From: Rhynchobatus australiae
Taxonomy: Eukaryota
Assembly (NCBI GenBank): GCA_034780895.1
Contig: JAUZTB010000001.1
Coordinates: 131,975,223-132,039,222, forward strand
Reading direction: 5' to 3'
Length of the DNA: 64,000 nt
Shown here: one piece after another, positions 40,939-54,200 of the stretch
How positions within the stretch are numbered: position 1 is the stretch's first letter
Layout: each line of letters opens with the position of its first letter
Program-made: the position numbers and the translations under genes
The notes under the pieces: generated by a model
Database searches by the model: none
Told to the model about the DNA's origin: nothing
What the model saw: the letters and a program-made list of their open reading frames with translations, nothing else

Positions 40939-43900
40939 TCAGGTTATCCTATGCACGTGCATACATGTAAAGCAGAAAGTATGACAAGAAATGGTTAAGG
41001 CACTTTTCATCCAAGATTTACTGCAGCACATTCAGCTTTACTGACCCGTTTAAAAAATCCACAATCATGAAGGAATGTTTTGGCAAGCTATTTTTGTTTA
41101 GAGATTGAGAAAAACAGAACTGTGTATCATTATGTCACAATGATGCATTTTTTTTCTTACTTGCACCATTCTGTTGCAAGAATACAAAACTTTGCCCAAT
41201 ACTCTTTAAAATGGAAACCAACCCTCCTCAAAAAGTTTCTTATTCCAATCACATTTCTTTATTCTTGTGCCAGTTCTCACAGCTACTGCGCAGCAGCTTC
41301 TTCACAGCAAGAAGCTAGTACTACGAATACTGGAAACCTTGAAGCACACAGACAAATTCTCAAATCCTAGCAGGTCAGGCAATATCCGTGGACAGATCAG
41401 GACAATTCCTCCGTCTGCAAATGCTCCTCAACTACATTCAGCAATTTTTTTCTAATTTTAATGTTACGATTTTACTTAAAAGGAGTCTTTTCATTAATCT
41501 TCTGCTTTGTTTCCCCTTTTTCACTCCTGCTTGTTACACTGTAATAGGTTCCTCACATTTCTTTTACATAAAATGAGGAATATGCCATCTGGCTCCTCAA
41601 CCCTGCCCTGCCATTCAACATGATCAATGCAAATCTGCCCCAGGCCTCAACTCCTCTTCTATGCCAATTCCCCCAGGACCCTGAAATCCCTGATCTTTTA
41701 AGAATGTAAATACCTTCCCTACAAGTACCCCCCATTCAATACCTCCAATGACCTAGCCGTCACAATATTCCAGGGCAGAAAATTCCAGAGAATCACCAAC
41801 ATCTGAGAATTCAAACAATACTCAGTTGGACATCAGCTCCTTTCTAAAAAGGATTACTGTTGAGGCTTGGGCAACGCAGGCAGTGAAATCACATTATCCA
41901 ACCCTAATTGCCCTTGAAGTTCTTGAATTGCTGCAGTCCTTCAAGAAAATACCCACACTGTGCTATTGTGTACTGCACTTCATCTGTAACTGTGACACTT
42001 TACATTCTGTTATCGTTTTCACCCTGTACTACCTAAAAGCACTGTGTAATCAATCGATCCGTACGAANNNNNNNNNNNNNNNNNNNNNNNNNNNNNNNNN
42101 NACCTTGGTATAAGTGACAATAACAAACCTCTTCCAAGGGGGAGTTTCAGTGTTTAAACCCAGTTATGATGAAGGACCAGTGGTACGATTCCAAGTCAGT
42201 ATTGTGTGCAGCTTGAGAGGAACTTGTATGTGGTGGTGCTCACATATACATGCTGCCCTGGTCTTTGACTGTAAAGGTTGAGGATTTGAGAGATGCTGTC
42301 TAAGTAGCTCAAAAGAGTAACTGCAGTGTATTGGCTAGATGATGCACATAACACTGTGTGCCCATGGTATGAGGAATTAATGCTTGAGGTGTGGATGGAA
42401 TAGACTGCTTTGTTCTAGATGATGCCAAACATCTGGACCAGATGAGTTTCTGGTCAATGGTGACCACCAGGATGTTGATGATAGGGTTCTTCATGATGGC
42501 AACACTACTGAACATCAAGAGTTGGTAGTTCAACTTTCTCTTGTTGAAGATTGCCATTGCTTGGCACTGGTAGGTCATGAATATTACTTGTCAATCATTA
42601 CCCTATACTTGAATATTTTCTAGGTCTTGCCGCATACAGCCATGGATTGGTTCATTTGTTGAGAAACTTCGAAAAGAATTGAGTGTTGTGCATTGATCAA
42701 AGGACATCTTAACTTCTGACCATATGATGGAAAGAAGCCCACATCCCTTGAATGAATAAAAAAGTTATGGTGTTCTTGAATGGGTGAGCAAGTCTGAGGA
42801 AACAACTGTTTTATTATTTTCCATTTTCTATTTTCCTATTTTCTTATATTCATACTTATTCCAGCACCTGTTAATTTTGTCAGGCCTGAATGATCAGGGC
42901 AGATTTGTTTACAGCGAACTCCCACATACGGCTCAGTGATAATGATCAGATAATCTGTTTGGATTATAATGAAGGATGGATATACATTGGCTGGGGTAGC
43001 AGGGATAATGCCCTCGATCTTTTGCAATACTGGCATAAGATCTGCTAATACACATTGGAAAGCCTGGACAGGACTATGGTTTAATGTCTCACTGCAAGTA
43101 GACACTTCCGACAGTACATCAATCCCTCTCCATCAGTTCCAGTTATTATGCTCAGGTATCTGGAGTAGGAATTCAACCCACAACCTTCTGATTTAAAAGG
43201 TGAAAGAGCAACTAACTGAAGCACAGCTGTCAAGCAAAGGGTTGTACTACAAGCTTGCTGATGTTCACCATATCACTTGTTTTGCTATTGATTACGTACC
43301 TACTTTTCATCATTATTTAGTCATCTGGCATCTCAATTACCGTGATCGTGACAGGGTCTTGTCCTTACAAAAAGCAGATGCAAAATTCTCATTTAGTAAG
43401 CTTGATGAGTGAGTCTACTTTTAGGTCCCCAATTAGCTTCACCCTTACTCTTACTACCCTTTAACTATTTATACACTCATAGAAAACTTCCCTTTGGGAA
43501 GTGCTCTGGAGCATCACAAGTTTTGAAAAACAATATTAAGATTAGGCATTTATATATAGTCATAATTAAATACAAGATATAGAGCAACACCTAGGGATAA
43601 ACTTTTCTTTAACAAAAAGAGAAAAGTCACCAAAAATTTACATTAGGAAGTGAAACTACTCCATGTGTAATATCAGAAATCAGGAAATGACTGTATTTGG
43701 AATGGAGGAGTCAGAGGGTATGTTCAAAGATTCAAAAGCTATGAGTCAATTCAGTAAAATTTATGAAGACTTTTGACAGAACAGAGATCATACAACTCTA
43801 CATTGTCTTGGTGGCTCTGCAGCCTCACAATATTGAGATTTTAATGCCTTTTACTTGAATTCAGTCTTTCCCTGGATATTCCCTTCACGTTGCAATAAAA

Positions 43901-44394
43901 AAAAACTGGCTTTTAAAATCCAATCTTCATCACCCAATCACTGAATTTGCATTGATATGGCTGGTCTTCCTTCTTGTCAAATGTATCTCCAGCTACAGGC
44001 CATGGTGTTATCTCATATCTAAACTACGATTCAATTTTGTAACCAAATTTTAACCTACTTCAATGCCAAAATGAATTTACAACTGCCCAAAGAGCAAAGT
44101 GTTCAGTTTATTTTTGCTCCATAGCCAGTTAGATCTTCTGTTGTAAACAGAGTTGGAAAAACAATTGATAACATAATCAATAGCAAAATGAAAGTCCTGA
44201 CTAATATCAACAAGACTGCATTACAACCCTTTGCTTGTCAGCAGTGCTTCAGCCAGTTGCACTTTCAGCTTTGAATCAGAGGGTTGTGGGTTGAATTGCC
44301 ACTCCAGACACTAATCATAAAAACCTAGACTGTACACCAATTCCTCTTCAAGTGTCAGTCAGAAGTGCCTTCTTCCATTTGAGGCTTTAAACCT

Positions 44395-45310
44395 ATCCTC
44401 TGAAACAGAGACAGATGTCAAGAAATGGAAGGGTCAGAGATGGATCAAGTGAAAATGAGAGGAGGGTGGAAGCTGGTAGCAAAGGTAAGAATGTTTTTTC
44501 AAAAAGAAAGTTCTCTACAAGTGCAGGAAGCAGTACCAATTCATTCATCAATATTACAGAGAAAAAGCAAGCCAAGAGGCCTGAATAGCACTGTGCTGTG
44601 TAAAAGAGACAGGCATGCAAGTTCCATCAGACTTTGAGAAAGCGGGTAGAATTTAAGAAGTTGTTCAATACCTGAACAAATTCAACCAAGTGGAGGAAGA
44701 GACATTTTGGGCTTCCATTTAAGGATGAAGTCCTTCAAACCATCATGGCACGTATGGAGGTGTAAAAGATTTGGACAACCATGATGAAGGCGAGTTGGAT
44801 GGAACCAGGAAACAGTCAAAGTGACGGAGGGTATCAAGAGGTATCATGGACACAAGTGGGAAGGGTCTGGATAATGGATAAAAAGTCAAGGTAGAAAGAA
44901 AAGTTCTCTGGGTTAAGAGCAAGCTACCAGGATACTTCCCAAAGTCTAAAAGTGGAAGTAGAAGATGGTTGCATAAGGTTCAGAAATTATAAGACAGTAG
45001 GCTGTCAGAAAACAATCTCCCAAGGAAATGACGACTGTGACTACTTGGGAGATAATCAGTGGGGTGTCACAATGAGGAGGTGATCGAGAACTGATGCTCA
45101 GCTGCTGCAAGGCAAGGAAGGGTCAGTTTGTCAAACCACAACAGCACTTTCCACTCAGAAGATTTCATAACTACATTAGGATTGGTCAGTGAGCAGAGTG
45201 CTGCAAATTCAGAGGGGTGTCAACACGAAGGTCTTGATTTTGTTCCAACAATTTCTTGGTTTCCTTACGAGCAATTAAGATCATGTTGGGCGTCCCATAG
45301 GATGTTCTGA
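44395..45310 (-). mobile_element. Decayed Penelope-like element reverse transcriptase
   Basis: Reverse translation gives FATSFHPPLIFT*SISD..PFLDI (Penelope RT motif FHP..KFT.S.S..LPFLD), a degenerate YID(D) motif, and PT.V.DTSD.LRHF. Confidence 0.6.
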
Positions 45311-47643
45311 AACTGAACCGAGATTCCAGTAGGAAGGAAAATTATCAGTCTAAGAGGATAATGGAAGTGTATTTTTCCTGTGTGGAGAACAAGACTGTAC
45401 CTGATAATTTCCACACGGTGGCATTTCTGAAGTCCTCTGGAATCTTCTGATTATACAAGGTCTGAAGCAGCTCTGTCAAGCTTATGAAATATTTCTTCAA
45501 ATGACTTTGTGGCTTCAGCTGCTACACCATCTGGTTCTGCACCCTTGTTGTTCATGGCTTGAATGCTGGCACGACTATTCTTGGAGGACAGGGGAGGGGA
45601 GGGGTTGAGAGCGAGAGAATCTCCTTCAAAGTGTTAAGGGATGAGTTCAGTAGTTGCATCTGCCACCATGAGTTGACTCATTCAGTATTGTCTTGGAATG
45701 CTCCTTCCATCTGTCTTTGATGCTTCACTTTCTGAAAGGAGCATTGGCCCATTTTTGGCTTGGAGTGAAGTAGGACCATGGGAGTACAACCTAATAAATA
45801 GCTTGCATCATCACACATTTAAATGTCAAAGGTTACTTGGTCTTGTTTTCAGGAACTAGCTGTTCATAAATTGGTAGTCATATTTTCTTTATATTACACC
45901 AGCAGAGCATTTATAAGGTAATTTAAATATTCCAAGGTCACAAAAAACAGTATACAAATTCTCTCCATTTTTTGTGACGCACTTATGTGTTGCTCTTAAT
46001 TAAAGGCAAATTTATTCTACACTCGGGGCATGTCATGTGATTAATTCAATAATTCTCAAGAACAGATCACATATCAAGCAAATTAAAATGCTTCCTAAAA
46101 TTTCTACATCCTGCTTTTATATTCTGTTTTATTTTTACAGCTAGAAAACAATTTTGAAACATTGCATTTACAGGACTTCCCATCACCTACCTCAAGAACA
46201 GACAAGTTCTATATCACCAAGGGCATATAAAACCAAGCAAATTCTTTTTCTCCCCCACTAACCCCCCCCCCATCATCTTGACTTCTTCCCTACTACAGAA
46301 CATGCATTCATTTCAAAAACTCCCAAACCAAAACCCTCTGGCCTTGATAACATTTTCTATATGACACCACATATAAAGTTCTGATGAAGAACCATTGACC
46401 CAAATGCATTAGCTTTTTTTCCCTCTCTCCACAGATATCTAAGCTGACAACTATTTCCAGCATTTTGGTTGTTATTTCAGACTTCTAGCTTTGGCTGGTT
46501 TTGGTTTTCAACAAAAAGTCATCAATACGAGATTGACAAAATAAAGGGCTAGTATATATATATATATTAGGCTACGAGGTCACAAAAAGCAGCATATAAC
46601 CATTTGAGATTCCAAAATTTGTTATGAGCAGCAACATAAGAAAGTTTTGCAAATGAGACATCTGAGCAACCAGTCTGTAGTTGCAAAGGTTTAAATCATC
46701 CTCCAAATACAAAGTTCTAGAAATAAAAATTTCCAAGTCTACAAATATTCATTTACATTAAGAATGTTAAGTACACCCATAAATGTTCTGTACAGTAATG
46801 AAAAACACTCAGGCATTTTAAATGTTATACATACTAAATATACCAAATAAAAAGGCATTTAATCACTGCAGAAAGAAAGTATTGTAGTGTTGCCAGCATC
46901 ATTAAAAAAAATTACAGTAACTTCAAAACCAAGGACCATCTACTGGTGTCTTTACAAATTAGCACCACCGATAGCAGATTCCTTTCAATAACTACTCTTA
47001 GTGCAAGTTGGCAACCTTGCATACAAATACAATTCAGTGGAGGTTCGTTTGATATGAACCAATCTGGGACACCAAGGCAATACATCAACTTGAACTGCAA
47101 CTTCCTGCTTCCCCATGCGTGCACAGCATTTGAGTGACACTACCCATTCAAAGCCAAAAAGTGCCTGATTTTACTGCTTACTCTCAAGACTACTAAATGA
47201 TGATGATGAAGGTTCACACTGAGTCTTCATTGAGAAACACCAACATTTGGTCTGGTCATGATTGAATGCTGCACTTTAAACCTGCTTTGCTCAATATCTT
47301 GCTCCCAAACTGCTTTGGTAGTTGAATTCAACCCTCAGTTGAAACTATTCCAGACACCACACCAAATAAAGGGTTAAGGCTCGCAGAGCAAGCTCTGCAG
47401 GCCCTGCCCCATCACTCACTCATGGTCTACCTCCTTATGGCCATGTACAAGAACAGTAATGCACTGGGAACTGGGCACACTCCACGCAGGTAGAATTCAA
47501 TCACAACGAAACGATGCTTAAGGAAGAAAATAACGAAGTAAACCTGAAAACCGCAGCTTCTTGATGGATCTGCAATGAGAGTGGGAAAAACAGCCCAGCA
47601 GCCAACCTTTAGTGCTGTTCCCTCAGCCTAACTTGATAGTTAC

Positions 47644-47800
47644 CCAAGTCCCGCCTCTCCTCCACCCCCGGGCTGCAGCGCCTTCATCTTCTTCGCCTCC
47701 ATTGGTCTCACGTAGCCGTCAATCACAATCGGGATGCTGAACGTCTGCCCAGTTTGAATGGTCAACCTCGACGTCCTCGCAGATCCCCGCCTCCTTCCCT
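47644..47800 (-). other. SETD3: Candidate non-coding exon 1 of SETD3 (5' end unknown)
   Basis: Minus-strand donor-like TGG|gtaact at the left edge of the CpG island. Exon 2 has an acceptor 4 nt before the ATG, so an upstream UTR exon is required. Confidence 0.4.
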
Positions 47801-47934
47801 TCGTCACCGCCCACCTACCTTGAAGCCTGCGACCGGGGCGATGACGCCAACGGTTGCTGGCAGCCGTCGCCCGCGATAGGCCGGAGCGGCCTGTCAATTA
47901 TATGAGGTCACAGCCGGAGTCTTTCTGCCCCTGG

Positions 47935-47946
47935 CGCGCATGCGCG
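47935..47946. promoter_or_regulatory. NRF1 site
   Basis: Perfect palindrome CGCGCATGCGCG containing the NRF1 consensus GCGCATGCGC. Confidence 0.75.
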
Positions 47947-47969
47947 TTCGGGCGGTCGTCTGCGTGGGG

Positions 47970-48199
47970 GTGGTTTATCCAAAATGGCGGCGCCCTGTCC
48001 GACTCGTTGGGGAAGTTAGCGAGTCGGAGTGAAAGTGCCGGCGCTTCGGTTACTGTATCCGCTGCCTCCGTCGCTCCTCTGTCTCCGCCGTGGCCGGATT
48101 TGCCCCCTCCCCCCGAGGACTTTAAGGAGTTGATCGGGGAGCTGTGTTGGTCGAGGCCGGGCCTGGTGAAGTGGAGGCCGAGCCTCAGCGCTGTCTCAG
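47970..48199 (+). other. CCNK: CCNK non-coding exon 1 (start approximate)
   Basis: Strong donor CAG|gtaagg at 48199/48200 at the right side of the CpG island. Confidence 0.7.
47980..47991 (+). promoter_or_regulatory. YY1 site
   Basis: CAAAATGGCGGC matches the YY1 consensus (AANATGGCGGC), typically found near the TSS. Confidence 0.75.
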
Positions 48200-48629
48200 G
48201 TAAGGGCGCCGGGGCGGCGGGAGCTTGGCTGCCACCGGGCCTTTCGGCAGAGGGAGGGGAAACCCTTCTCGGGGTAAATAAATCCAGTCCCCGCACGTCG
48301 TGGCTTCGCACCTACTTGTTGAATTAGTTTGGGGGGCTGGGTGCTGTGTTTCTGAAGCCAAGGTTTTTCAATCTAAACAAAGAAAGCTACCTGAGGTAGG
48401 AGGACATCCGAGGCTGCAGCTGCCGTAATCTGCTGCTCGACCCGCTTGAGTTCCTCCAGCAGACTGTTTGTTACTATGGTATGAGGTGTGGGTTGGCTTG
48501 TGGTAGATTGGGAAGCTACGTTTAAGCGTATGGCAATGGGTAAGTAGTCGCTAACATCTGAAGAAATAATGTATAATTTGTAACACTGCATTCCTTTGAG
48601 GCACAAAAACACGCGGGGAAAGTAGTCCA

Positions 48630-48966
48630 ACAAGATAAAATCATGAGGGGCAAAGACAGAGTGAATGCACTTGGTTTTTTTTCCCCAAGGTTGGAGAGTT
48701 GAGAACTGGATGGCTTAGGGTTAAGTTGAGAGAGGAAAGATTTAATAGGAACGAGGGGCAACTTATTTTAGACAGAAGGTGATATGAATGTGGAATGACC
48801 TGCCAGTGGAAGTGGTACAGTAATAATTTTTAAAATGACAGTTGGACAGGTACAGGGATAGGAAAAGTTTAGAAGATTATGGGCCAAATGCTGGCAGATA
48901 GGATGAGCTTGGATGGGTGCATAGACCAGTTGGGCGGAAGGGCCTGTTTCTGTTGTGTATGACTAT
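48630..48966 (+). mobile_element. CR1-type LINE 3' end
   Basis: KIMRG.DRV..WNDLP, ending in GGGCGGAAGGGCCTGTTTC tail. Confidence 0.75.
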
Positions 48967-48989
48967 AAATTAAAGAGTATTAAATACAA

Positions 48990-50130
48990 GGTAAAGGGTT
49001 GTAATGTTAGCAGTTAACCTGAGGATTGGAGACGTTAGAATTCTGCAAAGGATGGCGAACAAATTGATAAAGGGAAATTATAATATTCTAAAATATGAGT
49101 GTAAATTAGCAAGGAACAAAAATACACTAAGACTGTCTGTGGGTATGCAAAATGTCAGTCCCTTATAGACAGATGGGAGAATTCTCATAAAAGTTTTTTG
49201 ATCTGAAATGTCAACTCCTCTTGCCACAGATGCTGTCTGATATGCTGAATTTTTCCAGCACTGTTTTTATTTCAGATTTCTACCATCAGTTTTTTAATTT
49301 TCATTCAACGTGGAAATGACAGAGGAATTAAATACTTTCAATCTTTGTGAAAGAAGGCACAAATAAATCTCCCAGTATTAAAGAAAAAAGAAACAAGATA
49401 TTGAGTGTGAAAAACTGATGTCCCAATATGCTGTTAATTTGAATTTCAGAGTTTTAAGAAATAGCTATAAAGATAGTGGTTGTTCCGATCTTCATCTTGC
49501 AGAATTCTATAGGTTGTAGTGTAGCAAATGCTATCCCAGTATTTCAGAAAGGGAGAGGAAAAAAAACATTGAGAATGTTCTCAAAGGAGAGTATGTGAAA
49601 TTGAAGGTATTATTCTAATGTGGATTGAGAACTGGTTCACAGAAAGAAATCATACTAGCAATAAACAGGACCTTCTCAGGGTGGCAGGCTGTGACACATA
49701 AGGGACTGCAGGGATCAGTTCTTGGGCCCTAACTGTTCACAACCTTTATCAATGCTTTGGCTAAGGGGACCAGATATAATAAGTCAACATTCGCTGATAA
49801 AACAAAACCAGATAGTAATGTGAATACTGATGAGAATTCAGAGACTTCAAGGGGATATAGACAAGCTGAATAAAGGACAGCGATGTGGTAGATGTAAAGC
49901 AGTATGGAAAAAAATGTGAGATTATCCACTTTTCTGGGAAAAAAATGCTTAATATTTTTTAATGATGAGAGATTGTGAAATGTTTATTCAAAGGGAATTG
50001 GGTGTTTTCATACACAAGTTAATGAAATCTAACATGCAAGTGCAGTAGCCTGTTAGGAACGGAAATGGTCTGTTGGTCTTGATTGCAAGAGAATTTGAAT
50101 GCAAAAGTAGGGATGCCCTATTACAATTGG
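48990..50130 (+). mobile_element. Old CR1-type RT fragments
   Basis: GLQGSVLGP.LFTTFIN and TFAD-like remnants. Confidence 0.55.
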
Positions 50131-50139
50131 CCCTCTTGA

Positions 50140-50252
50140 CATTTCAGGTCCAAAACATCAACTGTTTATTTCCCTCCATGGATGCTGTTTGACCTGCTGA
50201 GTTCCTCCAGCACTTTTTGTGCATTGCTCCAGATTCCAGCATCTGCAGAATT
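50140..50252 (+). repeat. Penelope-type short repeat
   Basis: CCAAAACATCAACTGTTTATTCCCTCCATGGATGCTGTTTGACCTGCTGAGTTCCTCCAGCA...CCAGATTCCAGCATCTGCAG. Confidence 0.7.
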
Positions 50253-50903
50253 TTTTTTGTCAAAAATTCACCCCTATGTTCTTTGGCTTCATTCATAATT
50301 GTAAAAGCTATACACAGCATGTATGTGTATGAAATTTCAAACTGTAAAGGGAATTGTAGATTCAAACTCTGTCCAAATTATCCTAGTACCTTATTGTAGT
50401 TCAAATTTCCAGTTTTTTCTGATAATGTTCCCATTGTTCACTACTATTATTATAACCTTGTTGTTACTGTATATAAATGCACTGGGTATTTTATGACATG
50501 GCTTCTAGAATTTGGGGCTCAGGTGGGTGCACAGCAATGAAAATCAAGGACACTTGAGGCCAAGAATTGGAGTATCCTTTGGGCCTTGGTTGAGTGTGGA
50601 TTATCAGAGGGTTAAAGGAGTTGCCAAAGAGCAATTTAAATACATTGTCATTTTTTGCTTGGTGTTAAGTTTATCCCAGCCACGTCCCCACCTTCACATG
50701 TAAGGAGTGTTATTCCCAAATATTTGCTAATAGTTTGAGCAGAAACAGATGAATGTGGCTAGCTAGCTATGGCCAACATGGAAAACTGATGTAACACAAG
50801 GCCTCATTGTGACAAGTTTATATCATTGCCTAAGCAAGAGATTGCAAGGGTGTTTACATTACCCATTCCGTGACAGATTCTGACAGTTACTTGCCAGGTG
50901 GCC

Positions 50904-51142
50904 ATATAATCTCCATCAACCCAGCCCCAAAGTACCAGCACAAACAGTAAAATGCCACAAAAGCCTCAGTCAAAGCATTTCAGGGCACCCCAAAGATGAT
51001 TCCATTCCACAGCAACTTGCTCCATTCAGTTTTACTGTGGAATGGAATCATCTTTGGAGTACCTTGGAATACTTTGACAGGTTTTTGTGGCGCTTTTTCT
51101 GTTTGTGCTGGTACTTTGGGGCTAGGTTGATGGAGATAATAT
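50904..51142. repeat. ~240-bp fold-back inverted repeat (two ~110-bp arms, ~16-nt loop)
   Basis: ATCTCCATCAACCCAGCCCCAAAGTACCAGCACAAACAG...GATGATTCCATTCCACAG is mirrored by CTGTGGAATGGAATCATC...CTGTTTGTGCTGGTACTTTGGGGCTAGGTTGATGGAGAT. Confidence 0.92.
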
Positions 51143-51149
51143 AAGACAT

Positions 51150-52237
51150 AATTTTGACCAACAAGTGAAAAAGACCATATGCCAAGTCATAAAATAACAA
51201 AGCTTCAGAAGCAGATGATATCCCTGCTGAAGATTTACAGTCTGGTCGTGAAGACCTTCAGTCATGAATCCACAATCTCATTGTCCACATTTGGAAAGTG
51301 GAGATAGCAGAGATGCTGCCTTTCTTAAAGATGGCCATGATTTTAGCAAGTCCAACTATAGTAACTACAGAGGGGCTTTCCCACTGCCTGCGATGTGGGA
51401 AGTCAACACTTGGGTGGTCCTCAACTGCCTCCTCCCCCAGTGGCTGAAGAGCTGCTTCCTGAATGTTGCCAATTTAGAGCCACAATGTTAGCCACTGTAT
51501 GATCTGCACCATACGACAACTTCAAGGGATGTACTTGGAAGAGCAACAACCACTCAACATGACAGTTTTGGCCTCACTAAAGCCTTTAGCTGAGTTAGCT
51601 GAAAGGAAACGTGGTACACTCTCCTCGTATTTCAGCTGCTCACAGAAACTTGCTTCTATCTTGTGTTTGTATTATGATGGCATACAAGCCATAAACCTAA
51701 CAGCAGGTTTGCAACAGAGCCTAGCAGTGAAGTGGAGCTAATTTACGGAACTCTCACCTATATTGCCTGCACTCTAAAACCAAGAGCACTTTAGCCTCAG
51801 TTGTTGAACTGCAGTATGTGCACTATACTTGCATTTTTGTTCGTATCCCTGATCTCATATTCCCAAAATAGAAACTTTGTTTGAAGCTTTGTCATGAGAA
51901 AATATCAGGTGGACAAAGAAAAAGACAAAGTTTCCTCGGAAAAAATGCATCAACCACGTTGATTCCTGGAAATCCCTGGTCCATGACCGCTCAAAATGTC
52001 AAAACATCATGATGCAGAAGCCTCAAGTTCATGCATTAGAAGCACACAGAAGCCTGATGCAAATGGATGAGCTGAGGCACCATCTCACAATTTACCCACA
52101 TCTGTCCCATCAGGACCTCCAGCCCATCTGTGGAAGAGACTGTGCTTCCTTCCTGGGCCTTGTTGGCCACCTCAAAACCCACAAAGCTGGAGTGCAAGCA
52201 AGTAGTCCTCAATCCCAAGGGGAATGGCTAAAAAGAC
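51150..52237 (+). mobile_element. Decayed RTE-clade LINE
   Basis: ADDIPAE, NYRG, DMICTIRQLQ remnants; C-terminal ICGRDC..GLVGHLKTH zinc-knuckle-like end (ORF 52009..52272). Confidence 0.65.
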
Positions 52238-52994
52238 AGTGGCTAACATTTTTCAGAAAGATCAACCTTTAATGCTCCAAGCCCTCTTTTCCCCACCAAC
52301 CTGCAACCCTGATTCAGAGGCTCCTCAGCGCCGCACTATGACATTACAGCTTTTTTTTTTGTCAGCTTCTTTTGCTACCCACTCCACTGCCAACATGAAG
52401 GAAATAGGCCTTTCTCCTGTGTGGCCTTGCTGAAGTTAACAAATGGATGAACAATTTATAGGATCTTTCATCTGAATTGAAGTTTACCTTTGTCTCTTGA
52501 TGAGCTGAAATGGCTGTCAAGTGATGTGAAGAAAATATGTCCATAAAATCTAGTTTTGGTATCCAATGGAATTACAACACTAATATGCACAAATATTGTA
52601 ACTCTAATCGGGAGTTTTGTTACTGAGCAAAGTTAAGAATTAGTTAGTCCTTTGTTCCTTTTTCCATGCTGCAATTCTGAATGCATAAGTATTGCAAACG
52701 ATGCCTATTTTAGTACTGCTGCATAAGCACATACATACCTTGTGCTTGTCACAATCACAGCACCAATACTCTGCATTGAGAGCCAGTATCAATGACCACA
52801 AAGCTCAAGTGTTGATATAGTTATGAAAGTCATATTATCCAAATCTAATTTTTCTTAAGAATGTTCTGCAATAATGCTTTGGACATTTTGATAATTCAAA
52901 AATAAAATCTCTTCAATAAAGCCACCAGATGTGAAACAATTATATTATGCTAACTGATCTTTTAAGTAACTATTTATATTCTGGCTCTAGGTAA

Positions 52995-53191
52995 ATGAAG
53001 GAAAACAAGGAGAACTCCACTGTGACTACAGCACTGGCAAACGTGGACCTCAGGAAGCCATGCTGGTATTGGGATAAGAAGGATCTGGCACATACCCCGT
53101 CCCAGTTAGAAGGACTTGATCCAGCAACAGAGGCACGCTATCGTCGAGAGGGTGCCAGGTTTATATTTGATGTGGGAACACGTCTGGGGTT
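52995..53191 (+). CDS. CCNK: Cyclin K first coding exon (exon 2)
   Basis: [65 protein letters not shown](L). 197 nt; ends at U12 donor GTATCCTTT. Confidence 0.97.
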
Positions 53192-53664
53192 GTATCCTTT
53201 TAGAAGTTTTGTTCATCAATATAAGGATGTCAGAACTTTCTTCTTTCATTGCTAGGGTCTTTCAGTCCTGTTTAAGGGCAGGTTAGCCATTGTGGTCCAA
53301 GACAATTGTAGCTGACAAATGCCTTTTGCCCTATAATTTAAGTTGAATTTAAACCCAGACATGAAAACTTTTTGATCTCGCTCTGATTCGGTGTGCTATC
53401 TAGTTACGGGTAAGTTTTATTTTTCCCGAGTTAATGATATTACATTATTTTCAATACAACTAATCTGTTCTAAAAATCTGGAGTGCGGATTGATCTGCCA
53501 GTAGGTATCTTGCTGTAAATGAAAACAAAAAAGCTGGAAATGTTTGGCGAGAGAAAGAGTTAACATTTCAGGTCATTGACCTTTAATCAGAATATTTAAT
53601 ATTACATATCTAGTAAACATCTAGGCAACTAACTATTGCTGCATCTTTCATCATCTACTTATTA

Positions 53665-54200
53665 ATCATAGAATCATACAACATAAAATAGGCCTTTGGA
53701 CTCAACTTGTCCATGCCAACCATGATGTTGATCTTACACTAATCTCGTATGTCTGTATTAGACCCATATCCCTCTGTGCTTTTCCTATCTAAGTACATGT
53801 CTGAATGTTTCTTAAGCACTGTAATTGTATCTGCCTCTACTACCTCCTTTGGCAGCTTGGTCCAGTTAACCACCACCCTCTGTGTGGGAAAAACTTACCT
53901 CCCTGGGTTTTCTTCAAATTTCTTCCCCTCACCTTAAACTGTGCCCTCTAGTTCTAGACTACCCTGTCCTGGGAGAAAGACTTTGTCTATCCTATCTATG
54001 CCCCTCGTAATTTTATAAACCTCTATAAGATTACCCTTTAACCCTCTCTATTCCAGTGTGAATAAACCTAGCTTATCCAGTCTTTCCTTTTAACTAAAGC
54101 CCCCCATTTCAGGCAACATCCTGGTGAATCTCATCTGCATCCCTTCTATTGCTACCACATCCTTTCTCCAGTGTGATGACCGGAACTACACAATACTCCA
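53665..54200 (-). mobile_element. CR1-type LINE 3' fragment
   Basis: ATCATAGAATCATA tail followed by reversed ORF2 end (RVVVNWT.LP, GNLIEVYKI). Confidence 0.8.

Larger units (their letters stand above)
47640..48330. promoter_or_regulatory. CpG island / bidirectional SETD3-CCNK promoter
   Basis: The only GC- and CpG-rich segment in an AT-rich window, lying between the divergent genes. Contains ATTGG (CCAAT box, ~47701), CRE-like TGACGCCA (~47842), NRF1 and YY1 motifs. Confidence 0.9.

Noticed and set aside
46378-46415. Intact CTGATGA core as an active hammerhead
   Set aside because: Stem II is disrupted and the GAAA is missing.
47854-48327. 157-aa and 137-aa ORFs over the CpG island
   Set aside because: GC-rich promoter DNA lacks stops by composition; no recognisable domain, and the + ORF runs through the exon 1 donor.
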